In this document: positions 46,804-56,422 of the stretch, piece after piece
How positions within the stretch are numbered: the stretch's first letter is position 1
How the letters are laid out: each line of letters opens with the position of its first letter
From: Chloroflexota bacterium
GTDB taxonomy: Bacteria > Chloroflexota > Anaerolineae > Anaerolineales > UBA4823
NCBI GenBank assembly: GCA_032124675.1
Contig: JAQBDA010000049.1
Location: 1 to 62,685 of the forward strand
Length of the DNA: 62,685 nt
Direction: 5' to 3'
Position numbers and translations under genes: made by a program
The notes under the pieces: model-generated
The model's input: only the letters and a program-made list of their open reading frames with translations
Told to the model about the DNA's origin: nothing
Database searches by the model: none

Positions 46804-49326
46804 TTATAGCAAAGACGGTGGGTATACTTCAATACGCCAGCCACCCAGATTGCGCCCGCGCAGCAGGGAGACCGGATCGGGGCCGCGCACCACAACCTGC
46901 CAGCGGTACACCCCTCCCACCCGGGCGAAGAAGCTAGGCGCCGGACCGATGATCTCTGTCGATCTGCGCCCCTCTTCAGATATCCATTCCTTGATTTGGG
47001 CAGCCAGCTCCTGTGCCTGGCTCTCTGCCTGGGTAGATTTCATATGCCGCGTTTCAAGCCGCACCAGCTGCATAAAAGGCGGGTAGCCAAGCTGTTTGCG
47101 GTAAGCCAGCTCTTGCTGGTAAAAGCTGCGGTAGCTGTGCCCGCCGGCCGCCTGGATGACGTAATGCTCAGGCTGGAAGGTCTGTAAGATCACCCGCCCG
47201 CCCAACGGGCTGCGCCCTGCCCTGCCGGCAACCTGCGCCAGCACCTGGAAAGTGCGCTCGGCAGCCGTATAATCCGGCAGGTTCAGCCCAACGTCTGCCA
47301 GCACCACACCGACCAGCGTCACCAGGGGCAGGTCCAGTCCCTTTGCCAGCATCTGCGTCCCGACCAACACGTCGGCACGCTGGGCGCTGAAGTGGCTCAG
47401 AATCGCATCGTGAGCGCCCTTCTTGCGCGTCACATCGTAATCCCAGCGTAAGGTGCGTGCCTGCGGGAATAAGGCCTGCACCTCGGCCTCCACCCGCTCG
47501 GTGCCAGTACCGAACTGGCGTATTCGTTCGCCCCCGCACTGCGGGCACTTGCCGGGCATCTTGCGCCGGTAAGCGCAGTGATGGCAGGTCAGGGCTGCCT
47601 GCGGAGAATGGAAGGTTAGCGGCATATCGCAGCGCGGGCATTTCAGGGCGTAGCCGCAGTCACGGCAGAACACGTAGGTGGATGTCCCGCGCCGGTTCAG
47701 GAAAAGGATCGCTTGAAGCTGCTGCTCCAGCACCTGTGACAGGGCATCGTGGAGCTCCCGGCTGAAGATCGAGCGGTTGCCGGCTTTCAATTCCTGGCGC
47801 ATATCCACGATCTGCACGGGCGGCAGGTCGATCACATCTGCCTCTTCCTCGAACGGTTGGTAGCGGGAGAATCTGTTAAGCCTTTCCACCTGCGCCTGGA
47901 CGGCCTGACGGTGAGCCAGGATGCGCGCCGGCAGGCGCAGATAATGCCAGCTCCCCTGCGAGGCCTGGTAGGTGGTGGTGATATCCGGCGTCGCCGAGCC
48001 GAGGATGCACACTGCACCAGCCAGCCTGGCATAGGCTGTGGCGGCCTGCACCGCGTGGTAGAATGGCGGCTCGCTTTGATAGTAGGACTGGTCGTGGCAC
48101 TCGTCCAACACGATCAGCCCAACTTGCCTCAGAGGCGCGAACAGCGCGCTGCGCGGCCCAACGATCACCTGCAGCTCACCGGCGCGAGCACGCCGCCAGG
48201 TATCGTAGCGCTCCCCCTCTGAAAGGCGCGAGTGCACCAGACCCACCAAATCCGGAAAGCGTGCCATAAACCTGCGCACCGTCTGCGGCGTGAGCGAAAT
48301 CTCAGGCACCAGGATGATCGCCTGCTTGCCTTGCTGCAGCACCTCTTGCACCGCGTGCAGATAGATCTCCGTCTTACCCGAGCCGGTAACGCCATGCAGC
48401 AGATAAGGAGCCACTTCCTGGCCCGCCTCCGCCTGGCGGATGCCTTCCCGTATCGCGGCCATGCAATTCCGCTGGTCACCGGTCAGCCGCGGTGGGTGGG
48501 AGGGCTGGAAATCGATCCCTTCCAGCGGGTCGCGCAGCGCTTCTTGCTGCCCCAATTCAACCAGCCCCATCTCAGCCAGCCTGCGCAGGTCGGCAAGGCT
48601 GCCCCCGCTGGCGGCATATATCCAGGTAGCTTCGACCGGACCGGGGTCAGCAAGCAAGTACTTAAGGATGGCCTGGCGTCGTTCCAGCGCCGCTGTGCCC
48701 GCCCTCCCCAGCTCCGGCATCTGCTCCCGGGCGGATTCTGGGTCGGCCAGCAGCCGCACGGTACGCACGGTTTTTGGGCGCACGCTGGGTGCGGTCAGGA
48801 CTGGCTGGACAGACAGCAGCCCGCGCCCGACCAGGCTGCGCGCAGAAGCCCGCCAGTTGACGCGCGGCATGGCGCGGTCGATCTGCTTGCCGCGCAGCGG
48901 ACCGCGCTCTTCCAGCAGCTTCAGCAGCCTGACCTGTAAGGTCGTCAAGGGTTTCAGGGTCGAGGCAGATTTTTCGCGCCGGACCTCGTACAGGCTGTCG
49001 GCCTGCTGTCCGAGACCGGGTGGCAGCATCATATTGATCGTGGCTGCCAGGGATGAGATTGTGCTCTCTGCGATGGAATGTGCCAGCTCGATCTGCAGCG
49101 GGGTGAGGACAGGCAGCGGGTCCAACAAGGCGGACACTGCTTTGGTGTTCTGAACGCCGGGCTCTTCTACCCGGCGCAGCACGATACCCTGCACCTGCTG
49201 GCGTCCGAAGGGGACCTCGACCAGGTGACCGGTCGAAATCATGCCTGCAAATTCTTCGGGCAGATGGTAATGGAATACGCCCTCGACCTGCGGGACATTA
49301 ACGGCGATCTCTACATAATCAACCAT
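46804..49326 (-). CDS. priA: Primosomal protein N'
   Basis: VEVPFG, LHGVTGSGKTEIY, LVPEISLTPQ, DECH, Cys-rich CRDC/CPRC/CHHC/CPQC, GTQMLAKGLD, QVAGRAGR. Confidence 0.96.
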   Translation of the reverse strand: MVDYVEIAVNVPQVEGVFHYHLPEEFAGMISTGHLVEVPFGRQQVQGIVLRRVEEPGVQNTKAVSALLDPLPVLTPLQIELAHSIAESTISSLAATINMMLPPGLGQQADSLYEVRREKSASTLKPLTTLQVRLLKLLEERGPLRGKQIDRAMPRVNWRASARSLVGRGLLSVQPVLTAPSVRPKTVRTVRLLADPESAREQMPELGRAGTAALERRQAILKYLLADPGPVEATWIYAASGGSLADLRRLAEMGLVELGQQEALRDPLEGIDFQPSHPPRLTGDQRNCMAAIREGIRQAEAGQEVAPYLLHGVTGSGKTEIYLHAVQEVLQQGKQAIILVPEISLTPQTVRRFMARFPDLVGLVHSRLSEGERYDTWRRARAGELQVIVGPRSALFAPLRQVGLIVLDECHDQSYYQSEPPFYHAVQAATAYARLAGAVCILGSATPDITTTYQASQGSWHYLRLPARILAHRQAVQAQVERLNRFSRYQPFEEEADVIDLPPVQIVDMRQELKAGNRSIFSRELHDALSQVLEQQLQAILFLNRRGTSTYVFCRDCGYALKCPRCDMPLTFHSPQAALTCHHCAYRRKMPGKCPQCGGERIRQFGTGTERVEAEVQALFPQARTLRWDYDVTRKKGAHDAILSHFSAQRADVLVGTQMLAKGLDLPLVTLVGVVLADVGLNLPDYTAAERTFQVLAQVAGRAGRSPLGGRVILQTFQPEHYVIQAAGGHSYRSFYQQELAYRKQLGYPPFMQLVRLETRHMKSTQAESQAQELAAQIKEWISEEGRRSTEIIGPAPSFFARVGGVYRWQVVVRGPDPVSLLRGRNLGGWRIEVYPPSLL

Positions 49327-50674
49327 CTGGAGTTTCTAAAGCCCGGGACTCCCCATCTTTGTCCAGGCGGGTGAGCAGTACCCTCACGATGCGCATGCCA
49401 TCCATCTCTATGACCTGCACGCGCACGCCATCCGCTTCGACAATATCATCCTGGCGTGGGATGCGACCCAGCTTACCCAGCACATACCCGGCGATCGTAT
49501 CGTAATCCGGCTCCACCAGATTGAGATTGAGCTGCTGGTTGACGTCTTCGATCAACGCCATACCGTCAATGATTCCCGAGCCATCCGCCAGTTTCTCAAT
49601 CTCCGGTGTGAGGGTGTCGAAGGGATCGCTGACCTCACCAACGATCTCCTCCAGCAGGTCCTCGAGAGTCACCAACCCGGCTGTGCCGCCATATTCGTCC
49701 AGCACGATTGCGATATGCTGGCGGTATTCGCGGAACTGCTTCAGCAAGACCTTAACTGAAGTCGTCTCCGGGACGTAAATCGCCTCGGCTGCCAGGCTGC
49801 GAGCGGTGCACTCTTCACAGTCGGGGGACTGCATGGCGCGCAGCAAATTCTTGACGTGCACGATGCCCAAGATCTGGTCCAGATTGTCCTCGTAGACAGG
49901 GAACTTGGTAAACGTGGACTGGGTCGCCAGATCGATGATCTCATCCAGCGGTGTGTCGGCCTCCACCCCGGTCATGCTGGTGCGAGGGATCATCACCTGG
50001 CGCACGACCAGCTCGCCCAGATCGAAGATGGCATGCAGCATCTCACCATCGAAGTCCTCAACAACACCGACCTCCGTACTGGCGGTGACCAGCATCTTGA
50101 GCTCTGCCACAGAGTGAACCAGCTCATGACCTGAAGCTGGCCGGATGCCAAGCAGCCGCAGGAAGCCATTCCCGGCGCCGTTCAGCAGCCAGATGGCGGG
50201 CTTGAAGATCCATTCAGTCCATATCGTTGGACGGGCTACGAGCAGGGAAGTTTTCTCTGGATTCTGCAGGGCGATCGATTTGGGTGCCAGCTCGCCAACC
50301 ACGACATGTAAGAAGGTGATGATTGCAAATGCGATCGCAGCGGAAAGGCTGTGTGAGATCCCGGAACGGGTGGTAACGGGGAAGAGCTCGATAAGCGGCT
50401 CCAACAGGTGTGACAGAGCCGGTTCACCGATCCAGCCCAACCCCAGGCTGGCCAGGGTGATGCCCAGTTGGGTGGCGGCAATCACTGCATCCGGATTATC
50501 GATGGCTTTCTTTACCCAGACTGCTGAAATATCCCCTTTGTCCAACAGCTCCTGGATGCGAGTCCGCCTTACACTGACCAGCGAAAACTCTGCCGCGACG
50601 AAGAATCCGTTCGCCAGAACCAATACGAGTACCGCTAGTATTTTCAATCCATCTATGATAAAGGGATTTTCCAT
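49319..50674 (-). CDS. Hemolysin-family CNNM/CBS/CorC-HlyC protein
   Basis: [69 protein letters not shown]. Confidence 0.92.
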   Translation of the reverse strand: MENPFIIDGLKILAVLVLVLANGFFVAAEFSLVSVRRTRIQELLDKGDISAVWVKKAIDNPDAVIAATQLGITLASLGLGWIGEPALSHLLEPLIELFPVTTRSGISHSLSAAIAFAIITFLHVVVGELAPKSIALQNPEKTSLLVARPTIWTEWIFKPAIWLLNGAGNGFLRLLGIRPASGHELVHSVAELKMLVTASTEVGVVEDFDGEMLHAIFDLGELVVRQVMIPRTSMTGVEADTPLDEIIDLATQSTFTKFPVYEDNLDQILGIVHVKNLLRAMQSPDCEECTARSLAAEAIYVPETTSVKVLLKQFREYRQHIAIVLDEYGGTAGLVTLEDLLEEIVGEVSDPFDTLTPEIEKLADGSGIIDGMALIEDVNQQLNLNLVEPDYDTIAGYVLGKLGRIPRQDDIVEADGVRVQVIEMDGMRIVRVLLTRLDKDGESRALETPDG

Positions 50675-50690
50675 ATATATTTGATTTCAT

Positions 50691-50735
50691 CCGGTCAGCT
50701 CCTCCCGGGAAGACTCGCTGCCCGGGGGAACCGGT
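50691..50735 (-). terminator. GC-rich hairpin between the MEMO1 and CNNM genes
   Basis: CCTCCCGGG...CCCGGGGG flanked by CCGGT/ACCGG; imperfect. Confidence 0.35.
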
Positions 50736-51610
50736 CAATTTATTTGGGCACTCCTGAAGATGGCAGCCGCTGCGTATCCGACCACCTGGCTGTAGTCTCC
50801 GGTAATATCCCCTGATGTTGCGTAATTCAATACCCGGACGATGTCAGCGCCCATTGCTTGAGCAGCCCACATGACCGCCGCCAAAGCACCCCGCCCGCAG
50901 GCAAAGCCCTTCCCCTCTTCTTCAGCCTGCAGCACGCCTGCCGGATCGAACGCCTCGACCCGGCGCAAAATCTCTCCGTCCAGCACGCGGGCTGTCTCCC
51001 GAGGATAGAAATGGGATAAATCTGTGCTGGCGACCATCAGGGCGTTGTAACCACCCAGCACCTTCGACAGCGCCCTGCCCAGTCCGCGAGCGACGCGTGG
51101 GCTGGGATCACGCACCATAACAGGCATCAGGGAAAAATCATGCGGCAAAGAACGCTGCAGGAAGGGCAGCTCGATCTCCAAAGAATGCTCCGGATCACGC
51201 CTGACCGTCGTCAGACCTACCCCCAGCTCGATCTGCAGGTAGGCATCCAGAGCTTGCAGGGCGTCCTGATCAATCAGCACCCCGCCCAGCGGGGTGCTGT
51301 AGCCCTGGTGTGCGCTGGTCAGCACGTGCCCATGGGCAGGGTAGTGCATGGGCGAGATGACCACCACCAGATCGGGTTCATACCCCGCTTGGGCTGCCTG
51401 GCGCACAGCCGAAAAGGCGTGACCTGCGACCGGACCGGAGTAGCGGTGCCCGGCGTGGGGTGTCATCACTGCCAGCAGATCCCCCGGGAGCTCGGGCGCA
51501 GCCGCGGCATCGATATAGGCATCAACCGATTGTGCCAGCTGTTCGGGGTCATCAGGGTACCATTGCCCGGCAATGGCAGAAGGTCTCAGATCGATTGTCT
51601 GGGCCATCAT
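50735..51610 (-). CDS. amrB: AmmeMemoRadiSam system protein B (MEMO1 family)
   Basis: RPSAIAGQWYP, PHAGHRYSG, TPLG, EHSLEIELPFLQ, ASTDLSHF, ACG, YATSGD, VVGYAA. Confidence 0.9.
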   Translation of the reverse strand: MMAQTIDLRPSAIAGQWYPDDPEQLAQSVDAYIDAAAAPELPGDLLAVMTPHAGHRYSGPVAGHAFSAVRQAAQAGYEPDLVVVISPMHYPAHGHVLTSAHQGYSTPLGGVLIDQDALQALDAYLQIELGVGLTTVRRDPEHSLEIELPFLQRSLPHDFSLMPVMVRDPSPRVARGLGRALSKVLGGYNALMVASTDLSHFYPRETARVLDGEILRRVEAFDPAGVLQAEEEGKGFACGRGALAAVMWAAQAMGADIVRVLNYATSGDITGDYSQVVGYAAAAIFRSAQIN

Positions 51611-51670
51611 TCACCTCAAGCTGTGTAAACCTAAGCCTGTTCAAATTTTAGCATACTCTTGATCCGGCTG

Positions 51671-51679
51671 TGATATAAT
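51671..51679 (+). promoter_or_regulatory. Extended -10 promoter for the T-box/Rdx/trpS transcript
   Basis: TGaTATAAT about 15 nt upstream of T-box stem I. Confidence 0.65.
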
Positions 51680-51693
51680 CCCTTCACGAAAAA

Positions 51694-51856
51694 AGCTACG
51701 ATGAGGACGAGTACACGCCGGTCCGGCGGTACAGAGAGCGGTAGAGGCTGAGAACTCCGCACGCACGCCGGCGCAGAATGGACCTCGGAGCTGCAGGGTG
51801 AAAAGCGCACACCGCGCCGAATAGCCCGTGCCGGAGCCGCCACCGTTATCCAGGCG
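51694..51856 (+). ncRNA. T-box riboswitch 5' half (stem I, II, IIA/B) with a Trp (UGG) specifier
   Basis: GCT..CGATGAGG / CCTCGGAGC base with kink-turn, AGTA 51710-51713, AGAGA 51733-51737, GCTGAGA 51747-51753, GAA-TGG-A specifier loop (TGG 51779-51781), stem II GGGTGAA...AATAGCCC, F-box CCGTTA 51843-51848. The downstream synthetase is trpS. Confidence 0.85.
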
Positions 51857-51922
51857 AAGGGTGTGCACTGGCTGCTGTAATTTCCGCCTGCTGCGCTCGA
51901 CCCGAGTGAGACTGGCTCATTC

Positions 51923-51956
51923 AACCCCGTCGTATCACCGGCGGGGTTATCATTTT
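51923..51956 (+). terminator. Terminator-like hairpin in the trpS leader
   Basis: AACCCCGTCG-TATCAC-CGGCGGGGTT followed by ATCATTTT. Confidence 0.55.
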
Positions 51957-52034
51957 AAAGGACTCGCGCTGTTGGTGGGAGGACGACACTCCCCCTGAAC
52001 TGCATAATATCACTAAAATAAACTGGAGCTGAAT

Positions 52035-52274
52035 ATGTTGATGAACATCGAGCTAGTTTACTGTGCCGTTTGACACTATACCGACAGGGCCATTGGTCAA
52101 ATGGCTGAACTGATTAAAGAATTCGAAACCGAGATCGAAACGTTTACCCTGGTGCCATCAGACGCCGGGAGCTTCGAGCTGACCGTCAACGGCAAGCTAT
52201 TGTATTCCAAGCTGCATTCCGGGCGGCACGCCGAACCCGGCGAGATCGCCGGGCTGATTCGAAAGATGGAGTAA
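52035..52274 (+). CDS. Rdx (SelW/SelT/SelH) family selenoprotein, CxxU motif, 79 aa
   Basis: MLMNIELVYCAV-U(TGA 52071-52073)-HYTDRAIGQMAELIKEFETEIETFTLVPSDAGSFELTVNGKLLYSKLHSGRHAEPGEIAGLIRKME*. GGAG RBS upstream, SECIS-like hairpin downstream, selD in the same window. Confidence 0.88.
52088..52106 (+). promoter_or_regulatory. Candidate bacterial SECIS of the Rdx gene
   Basis: GCCATT-GGTCA-AATGGC stem-loop with a G-starting loop 22 nt after the UGA. Confidence 0.6.
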
Positions 52275-52283
52275 GGAGGGCAT

Positions 52284-53276
52284 ATGTCAAGCGCCAAAAG
52301 AGGGCGGGTGTTTTCGGGCGCAAGGCCCACCGGGCGTCAGCACCTCGGCAATTACCTGGGGGCAATCCAGAATTATGTTGCGCTGCAGGACGAGTACGAT
52401 TGCATTTACTGCATCGTCGACCTGCACGCCCTGACCACAGTCGAGACTACGGAAAACCTGCGCCAGAACACTCACGAGATGGCACTGGATTGGCTGGCGG
52501 CTGGCATCCGGCCTGCTGAGTCGATCATGTTCATTCAATCTCACGTCCCACAGGTTGCCGAGCTGCACCTGATCCTCTCCATGGTCACGCCGCTCGGAAA
52601 GCTGACCGACCTGCCTACATTCAAAGAGAAAGTCCGCTACCAACCGCATAATATCAATTACGGGCTGGTCGGATATCCGGTGCTCATGGCGGCTGACATC
52701 GTCCTGTATAAGGCGAGCGCTGTACCGGTAGGAGTCGACCAGGAACCGCACATCGAGTTCACCCGCGAGGTGGTGCGCTCGTTCAACTACCGCTACAACA
52801 CAGATGTGCTGGTCGAACCGCAGATGAAGGCCACCGAGTTCCCCAAGGTGCTGGGCATAGACGGCCAGCAGAAGATGAGCAAAAGCCTGAACAATCACAT
52901 CGAGCTGGCAGCCACGCCCCAGGAAACCCAGCAGCGGGTGATGCAGATGGTCACCGACCCGCAGCGCATCCGCCGCAGCGACCCGGGGAACCCGGATGTG
53001 TGCAATGTGTTTACTATGCACAATATCTTCTCTTCTCAGGAAGAGATCGATATGATCAATGTCGAGTGCCGCCGGGCGGGTATCGGCTGCGTGGACTGCA
53101 AAAAGATCCTGGCGCGCAACCTGAATAACCATCTGGAACCCTTCCGGGCCCGCCGGGCGGAGATCGCTCAGGACCCCGGTCACGTAGAGGAAGTGCTCGA
53201 GGACGGCAAGAAGCGCGCTCAAACCATCGCCAGTCAGACCATCGCCGAAGTGAAAGAAGCTATCGGGCTGCCGTGA
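52284..53276 (+). CDS. trpS: Tryptophan--tRNA ligase
   Basis: FSGARPTGRQHLGNYLG (HIGH), VDLHALT, YPVLMAADI, VPVGVDQEPH, KMSKS. Confidence 0.96.
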   Translation: MSSAKRGRVFSGARPTGRQHLGNYLGAIQNYVALQDEYDCIYCIVDLHALTTVETTENLRQNTHEMALDWLAAGIRPAESIMFIQSHVPQVAELHLILSMVTPLGKLTDLPTFKEKVRYQPHNINYGLVGYPVLMAADIVLYKASAVPVGVDQEPHIEFTREVVRSFNYRYNTDVLVEPQMKATEFPKVLGIDGQQKMSKSLNNHIELAATPQETQQRVMQMVTDPQRIRRSDPGNPDVCNVFTMHNIFSSQEEIDMINVECRRAGIGCVDCKKILARNLNNHLEPFRARRAEIAQDPGHVEEVLEDGKKRAQTIASQTIAEVKEAIGLP

Positions 53277-53343
53277 CGAGGGGAGATGGGGACGATCACA
53301 GAGGGCGCCAGACGATCTTAAGAAAATCCCCTCTAACAAGCGT

Positions 53344-53787
53344 ATGAGAGTCATCGTTCAAAGGGTCCGGCGTGGACGCGTCACTATCGAGGGACAGGGG
53401 ACCGCGCAAATAGGAGTGGGGGTTGTCATCCTCTTGGGGATCGGCATGGATGATGGCGAAGAGCAGGCGCGCTACCTGGCGGAAAAGATCGCCAATCTGC
53501 GCATTTTCGAGGATGAGGCTGGCAAGATGAACCGCTCACTGCTCGAGATCGCTGGGCAGGCGATCGTTGTCTCGCAGTTTACCCTGTATGCCGATACGCG
53601 CAAAGGGCGCCGCCCATCCTTCACCGATGCCGCCCCAGCGGAGATCGCCAGCCCGCTGGTGGAGCGCTTTGCCGACCTGCTGCGCGAGCAAGGCGTGCCC
53701 ACCCAGACCGGAGTGTTCGGCGCGCATATGCTGGTGGATATCGCCAACGACGGGCCGGTTACGATCTGGATGGAACGGCAGGAGTGA
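53344..53787 (+). CDS. dtd: D-aminoacyl-tRNA deacylase
   Basis: MRVIVQRV, LRIFEDEAGKMN, VSQFTL, KGRRPSF, GVFGAHM, NDGPVT. Confidence 0.95.
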   Translation: MRVIVQRVRRGRVTIEGQGTAQIGVGVVILLGIGMDDGEEQARYLAEKIANLRIFEDEAGKMNRSLLEIAGQAIVVSQFTLYADTRKGRRPSFTDAAPAEIASPLVERFADLLREQGVPTQTGVFGAHMLVDIANDGPVTIWMERQE

Positions 53788-53799
53788 CCGCACTCACAG

Positions 53800-54543
53800 T
53801 TATGGCTGCCAACCCCGCCACAAGACTGAATCTAACTGCACCGCGAGCGCTCCTGCCACCAACATCGCCTCAGCATCTCGAGAACTGTAAACTCCCCCGG
53901 CAGCGATGACAGGCAGACCCGCCTCGGCTAATCTGCTTACCGCCTGAAGAGCCAGCGGAAAGATCGCCGGGCCGTATAAGCGTCCCGAGACGCTCTCACC
54001 GCCCGCATCCAACAGCGCTCCGCGCGGCGGTCCCAGGCTGACCGCAGCTGCGCCTGACTCCAAAACCGCAATGGCAAGCTCAACCGACCGTTCCAGCGGC
54101 AGGCGCACGATGACCGGCAGCTCACCGCTGGCGGCCTGGGTGAAAGCCTGAGCAGCAGCCGGATCCGTGTCCGCCGCCAGCCCAACCTCCAGACCGGCTA
54201 CCCCTTCCCTTCCTTCCAGCAGGCGTACCATCTGGGACAGCTCTGCCACATGGTTCGCCAGCACATGAACCCAGACCGGGAGCATCTGCCGCGCCCAGCG
54301 CTCCGCATGGCGTTTCAGAACTGCGTTCAAGCCAGGGTTGGGTGAGCCGGTGTGCAGCAGGAAACCACCCGCGAAGGCGATACAGCGGCTGCCGCCAGCC
54401 GGGGTGCGTCTCTTCAGACTTACCGGGTTGGTCACAAAAGCGCCGAGCTGCTCCAGATCGACACCACTGCTGCGAGGCGGGGCGAATCCCAGGCTGCCGG
54501 CAGAGTTCATCAGCGGTCTGTCAAAGGTGAGAGCGTATTTCAT
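53800..54543 (-). CDS. Dihydroorotate dehydrogenase-like FMN TIM-barrel protein lacking the catalytic motifs
   Basis: PLMNSAGSLGF, LGAFVT, NPG, GRLYGP, VIAAGGV and GALAVQL align with PyrD family 1, but there is no NxSCPN. Confidence 0.75.
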   Translation of the reverse strand: MKYALTFDRPLMNSAGSLGFAPPRSSGVDLEQLGAFVTNPVSLKRRTPAGGSRCIAFAGGFLLHTGSPNPGLNAVLKRHAERWARQMLPVWVHVLANHVAELSQMVRLLEGREGVAGLEVGLAADTDPAAAQAFTQAASGELPVIVRLPLERSVELAIAVLESGAAAVSLGPPRGALLDAGGESVSGRLYGPAIFPLALQAVSRLAEAGLPVIAAGGVYSSRDAEAMLVAGALAVQLDSVLWRGWQP

Positions 54544-55226
54544 GGGTTATCCAGCAAATCTTGAAGGGGGAACACCGGACCATCTTCACAGGCCAGCTTC
54601 CATCCCCGCCGGGTGCGCAGAGCACACACTCCACAGCCAGCCAACCCTGCACAGGGCATGGAAGCCAGCACCAGCGCCTGTCCAGGGCAGGGCAGCACGG
54701 CATCTCCGGTAATCTCCAGCCTGTCCCCCAACCGGGACACTTGCTCCAGCGGCAGGTCCAGCACCAGGAAATCCGCCCACGACAGCGCATCTGGCAGGGC
54801 GGTCATTGGGCTGGCTTCCATTGCGGATGGCAGGCTGGGCAGCATTGCGTCGCTGAAGAGAACAACCGCCATCTCCTGGCGCAGGGCGGCATCTGCCACA
54901 GGCAGCAGGCGAGAGACCGTGTCTCCCAAGGCAGCCAAAACCAACCGTCGGGTATCAGCAGGCAGGGAAAAGCCATTCCCGCGCGGGCCGCGTAGTTCAA
55001 GGCGGGTCCCGGGGTCCCAACCAACTGGCGCCGGAGGGGCTGCCAGGAATCCATCCTCGAAGCTGGCCTCAAGAAAGAGAGGCGTTGCCAGGATCGCCTC
55101 TCCCCAACTTGCGAGTAAATATCTGCCGGGCTGCGGGACAGCTCGTGGCGGGCAGGCTATCCTGGCAGATACCATCCCAGAAGGTTCGATTTGCAGCTCT
55201 TTGACCCAGCCCTTGTGCCGGCGCAT
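54540..55226 (-). CDS. PyrK-like electron-transfer subunit ([2Fe-2S]), divergent
   Basis: PGRY, LRGPRGNGF, C-terminal MPCAGLAGCGVC...ACEDGPVF; the GGGxG NAD loop is absent. Confidence 0.75.
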   Translation of the reverse strand: MRRHKGWVKELQIEPSGMVSARIACPPRAVPQPGRYLLASWGEAILATPLFLEASFEDGFLAAPPAPVGWDPGTRLELRGPRGNGFSLPADTRRLVLAALGDTVSRLLPVADAALRQEMAVVLFSDAMLPSLPSAMEASPMTALPDALSWADFLVLDLPLEQVSRLGDRLEITGDAVLPCPGQALVLASMPCAGLAGCGVCALRTRRGWKLACEDGPVFPLQDLLDNP

Positions 55227-55333
55227 TGCGGCATCGTATCACAATTTCGTATGCACGACAACTCTCAGCATACCCACTTTCACTTTCAGTACGGTATAAT
55301 CACTGCGTTGTCGATATCTATCAGGAGGAAACC

Positions 55334-56413
55334 ATGAATTTCGCCACTGTACTTCAGGGATCTGTCGCCCTGTTATGGGTTATCGTTGTTGGTTTGATCG
55401 TGTTAGCCGTGGTGCGCGCCTCGCGCAGGCAGAAAGTCGGTGTGATCTCTACAGCCATTATCGTAACCTCCATCCTGGCTCTAGTATTAACCACCATCAG
55501 CGCAGGGTTGGTATTCATCCAGCCGGAAGAGCGCGGGGTGGTGATATCCGCCCTGGATCCAAATGGGTACCGGGAGCAGGCACTCCAGCCCGGTCTGCGC
55601 TGGATCATACCGTATTTCGAGAATGTGGTCATCTACCCGATTTCACGGCAATCCTACACGATGTCAATCGCTCCCTTAGAGGGGCAGCTGCAGGGCGATG
55701 ACTCGGTGGCCGCGCGCACATTAGACGGGCAGGAAATCTTCCTGGATGCTTCGATCATCTATTCGATCGACCCGGCTGAGGTGGTCGACGTCCACATTGT
55801 CTGGCAGAATCGCTACACAAACGAGTTGGTACGCCCGCTCACCCGGGGTGTCATCCGTGACGCCGTCTCACAATATGGAGTGCAGCAAGTTTACAGCACC
55901 CAACGAATCGCCATGACCCAGGAGATCACAGAGAACCTGCGCCGTAAGCTGGAAGAGAACGGTTTGCTGCTCTCAGAGTTCCTACTGCGCAATATCACCT
56001 TCTCACCGGAATACGCTGCATCGGTAGAGCAGAAACAGATCGCCGAACAGCTGGCGCAGCAAGCCAAATTCGTAGTCGAGCAGCGCCGGCAGGAAGCCGA
56101 ACAGGCTCGCCAGCTTGCCCAGGGTCAGGCGGATGCGGTTGTGATCCGTGCGGAAGGCGATGGCGAGGCGCGCATTATTGCTGCCAACGCTGAATCGCAG
56201 GCCCTAAACAAGATTGCCGAAGCACTTGCGGATAAACCCGAGCTGCTCACCTACCAGTACATCACCAAGCTGGCTCCCGGCGTCCAGGTTATGCTGGTAC
56301 CCAACAACACACCTTACCTGCTTCCGCTGCCCACCCTGGAGCAGGTCGGACCGGTGGTTCCGTCGACATTCCCGACTCCACTGCCATCGCCCGAGCCAAC
56401 TGCCACACCATAG
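55334..56413 (+). CDS. SPFH/prohibitin-family membrane protein
   Basis: Two TMs, ERGVV, PGLRWIIPY, LLRNITFSPEYAASVEQKQIAEQ, AQGQADA..IRAEG. AGGAGG RBS before ATG 55334. Confidence 0.88.
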   Translation: MNFATVLQGSVALLWVIVVGLIVLAVVRASRRQKVGVISTAIIVTSILALVLTTISAGLVFIQPEERGVVISALDPNGYREQALQPGLRWIIPYFENVVIYPISRQSYTMSIAPLEGQLQGDDSVAARTLDGQEIFLDASIIYSIDPAEVVDVHIVWQNRYTNELVRPLTRGVIRDAVSQYGVQQVYSTQRIAMTQEITENLRRKLEENGLLLSEFLLRNITFSPEYAASVEQKQIAEQLAQQAKFVVEQRRQEAEQARQLAQGQADAVVIRAEGDGEARIIAANAESQALNKIAEALADKPELLTYQYITKLAPGVQVMLVPNNTPYLLPLPTLEQVGPVVPSTFPTPLPSPEPTATP

Positions 56414-56422
56414 GATTCTTGA

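Noticed and set aside
46787-46814. dif-like arrangement TGGCACAATAA-CGTCTA-TTATAGCAAAG
   Set aside because: It has the ATAA-N6-TTAT core, but the right arm departs from the XerD consensus TTATGTTAAAT and is explained by the priA stop and last codons.
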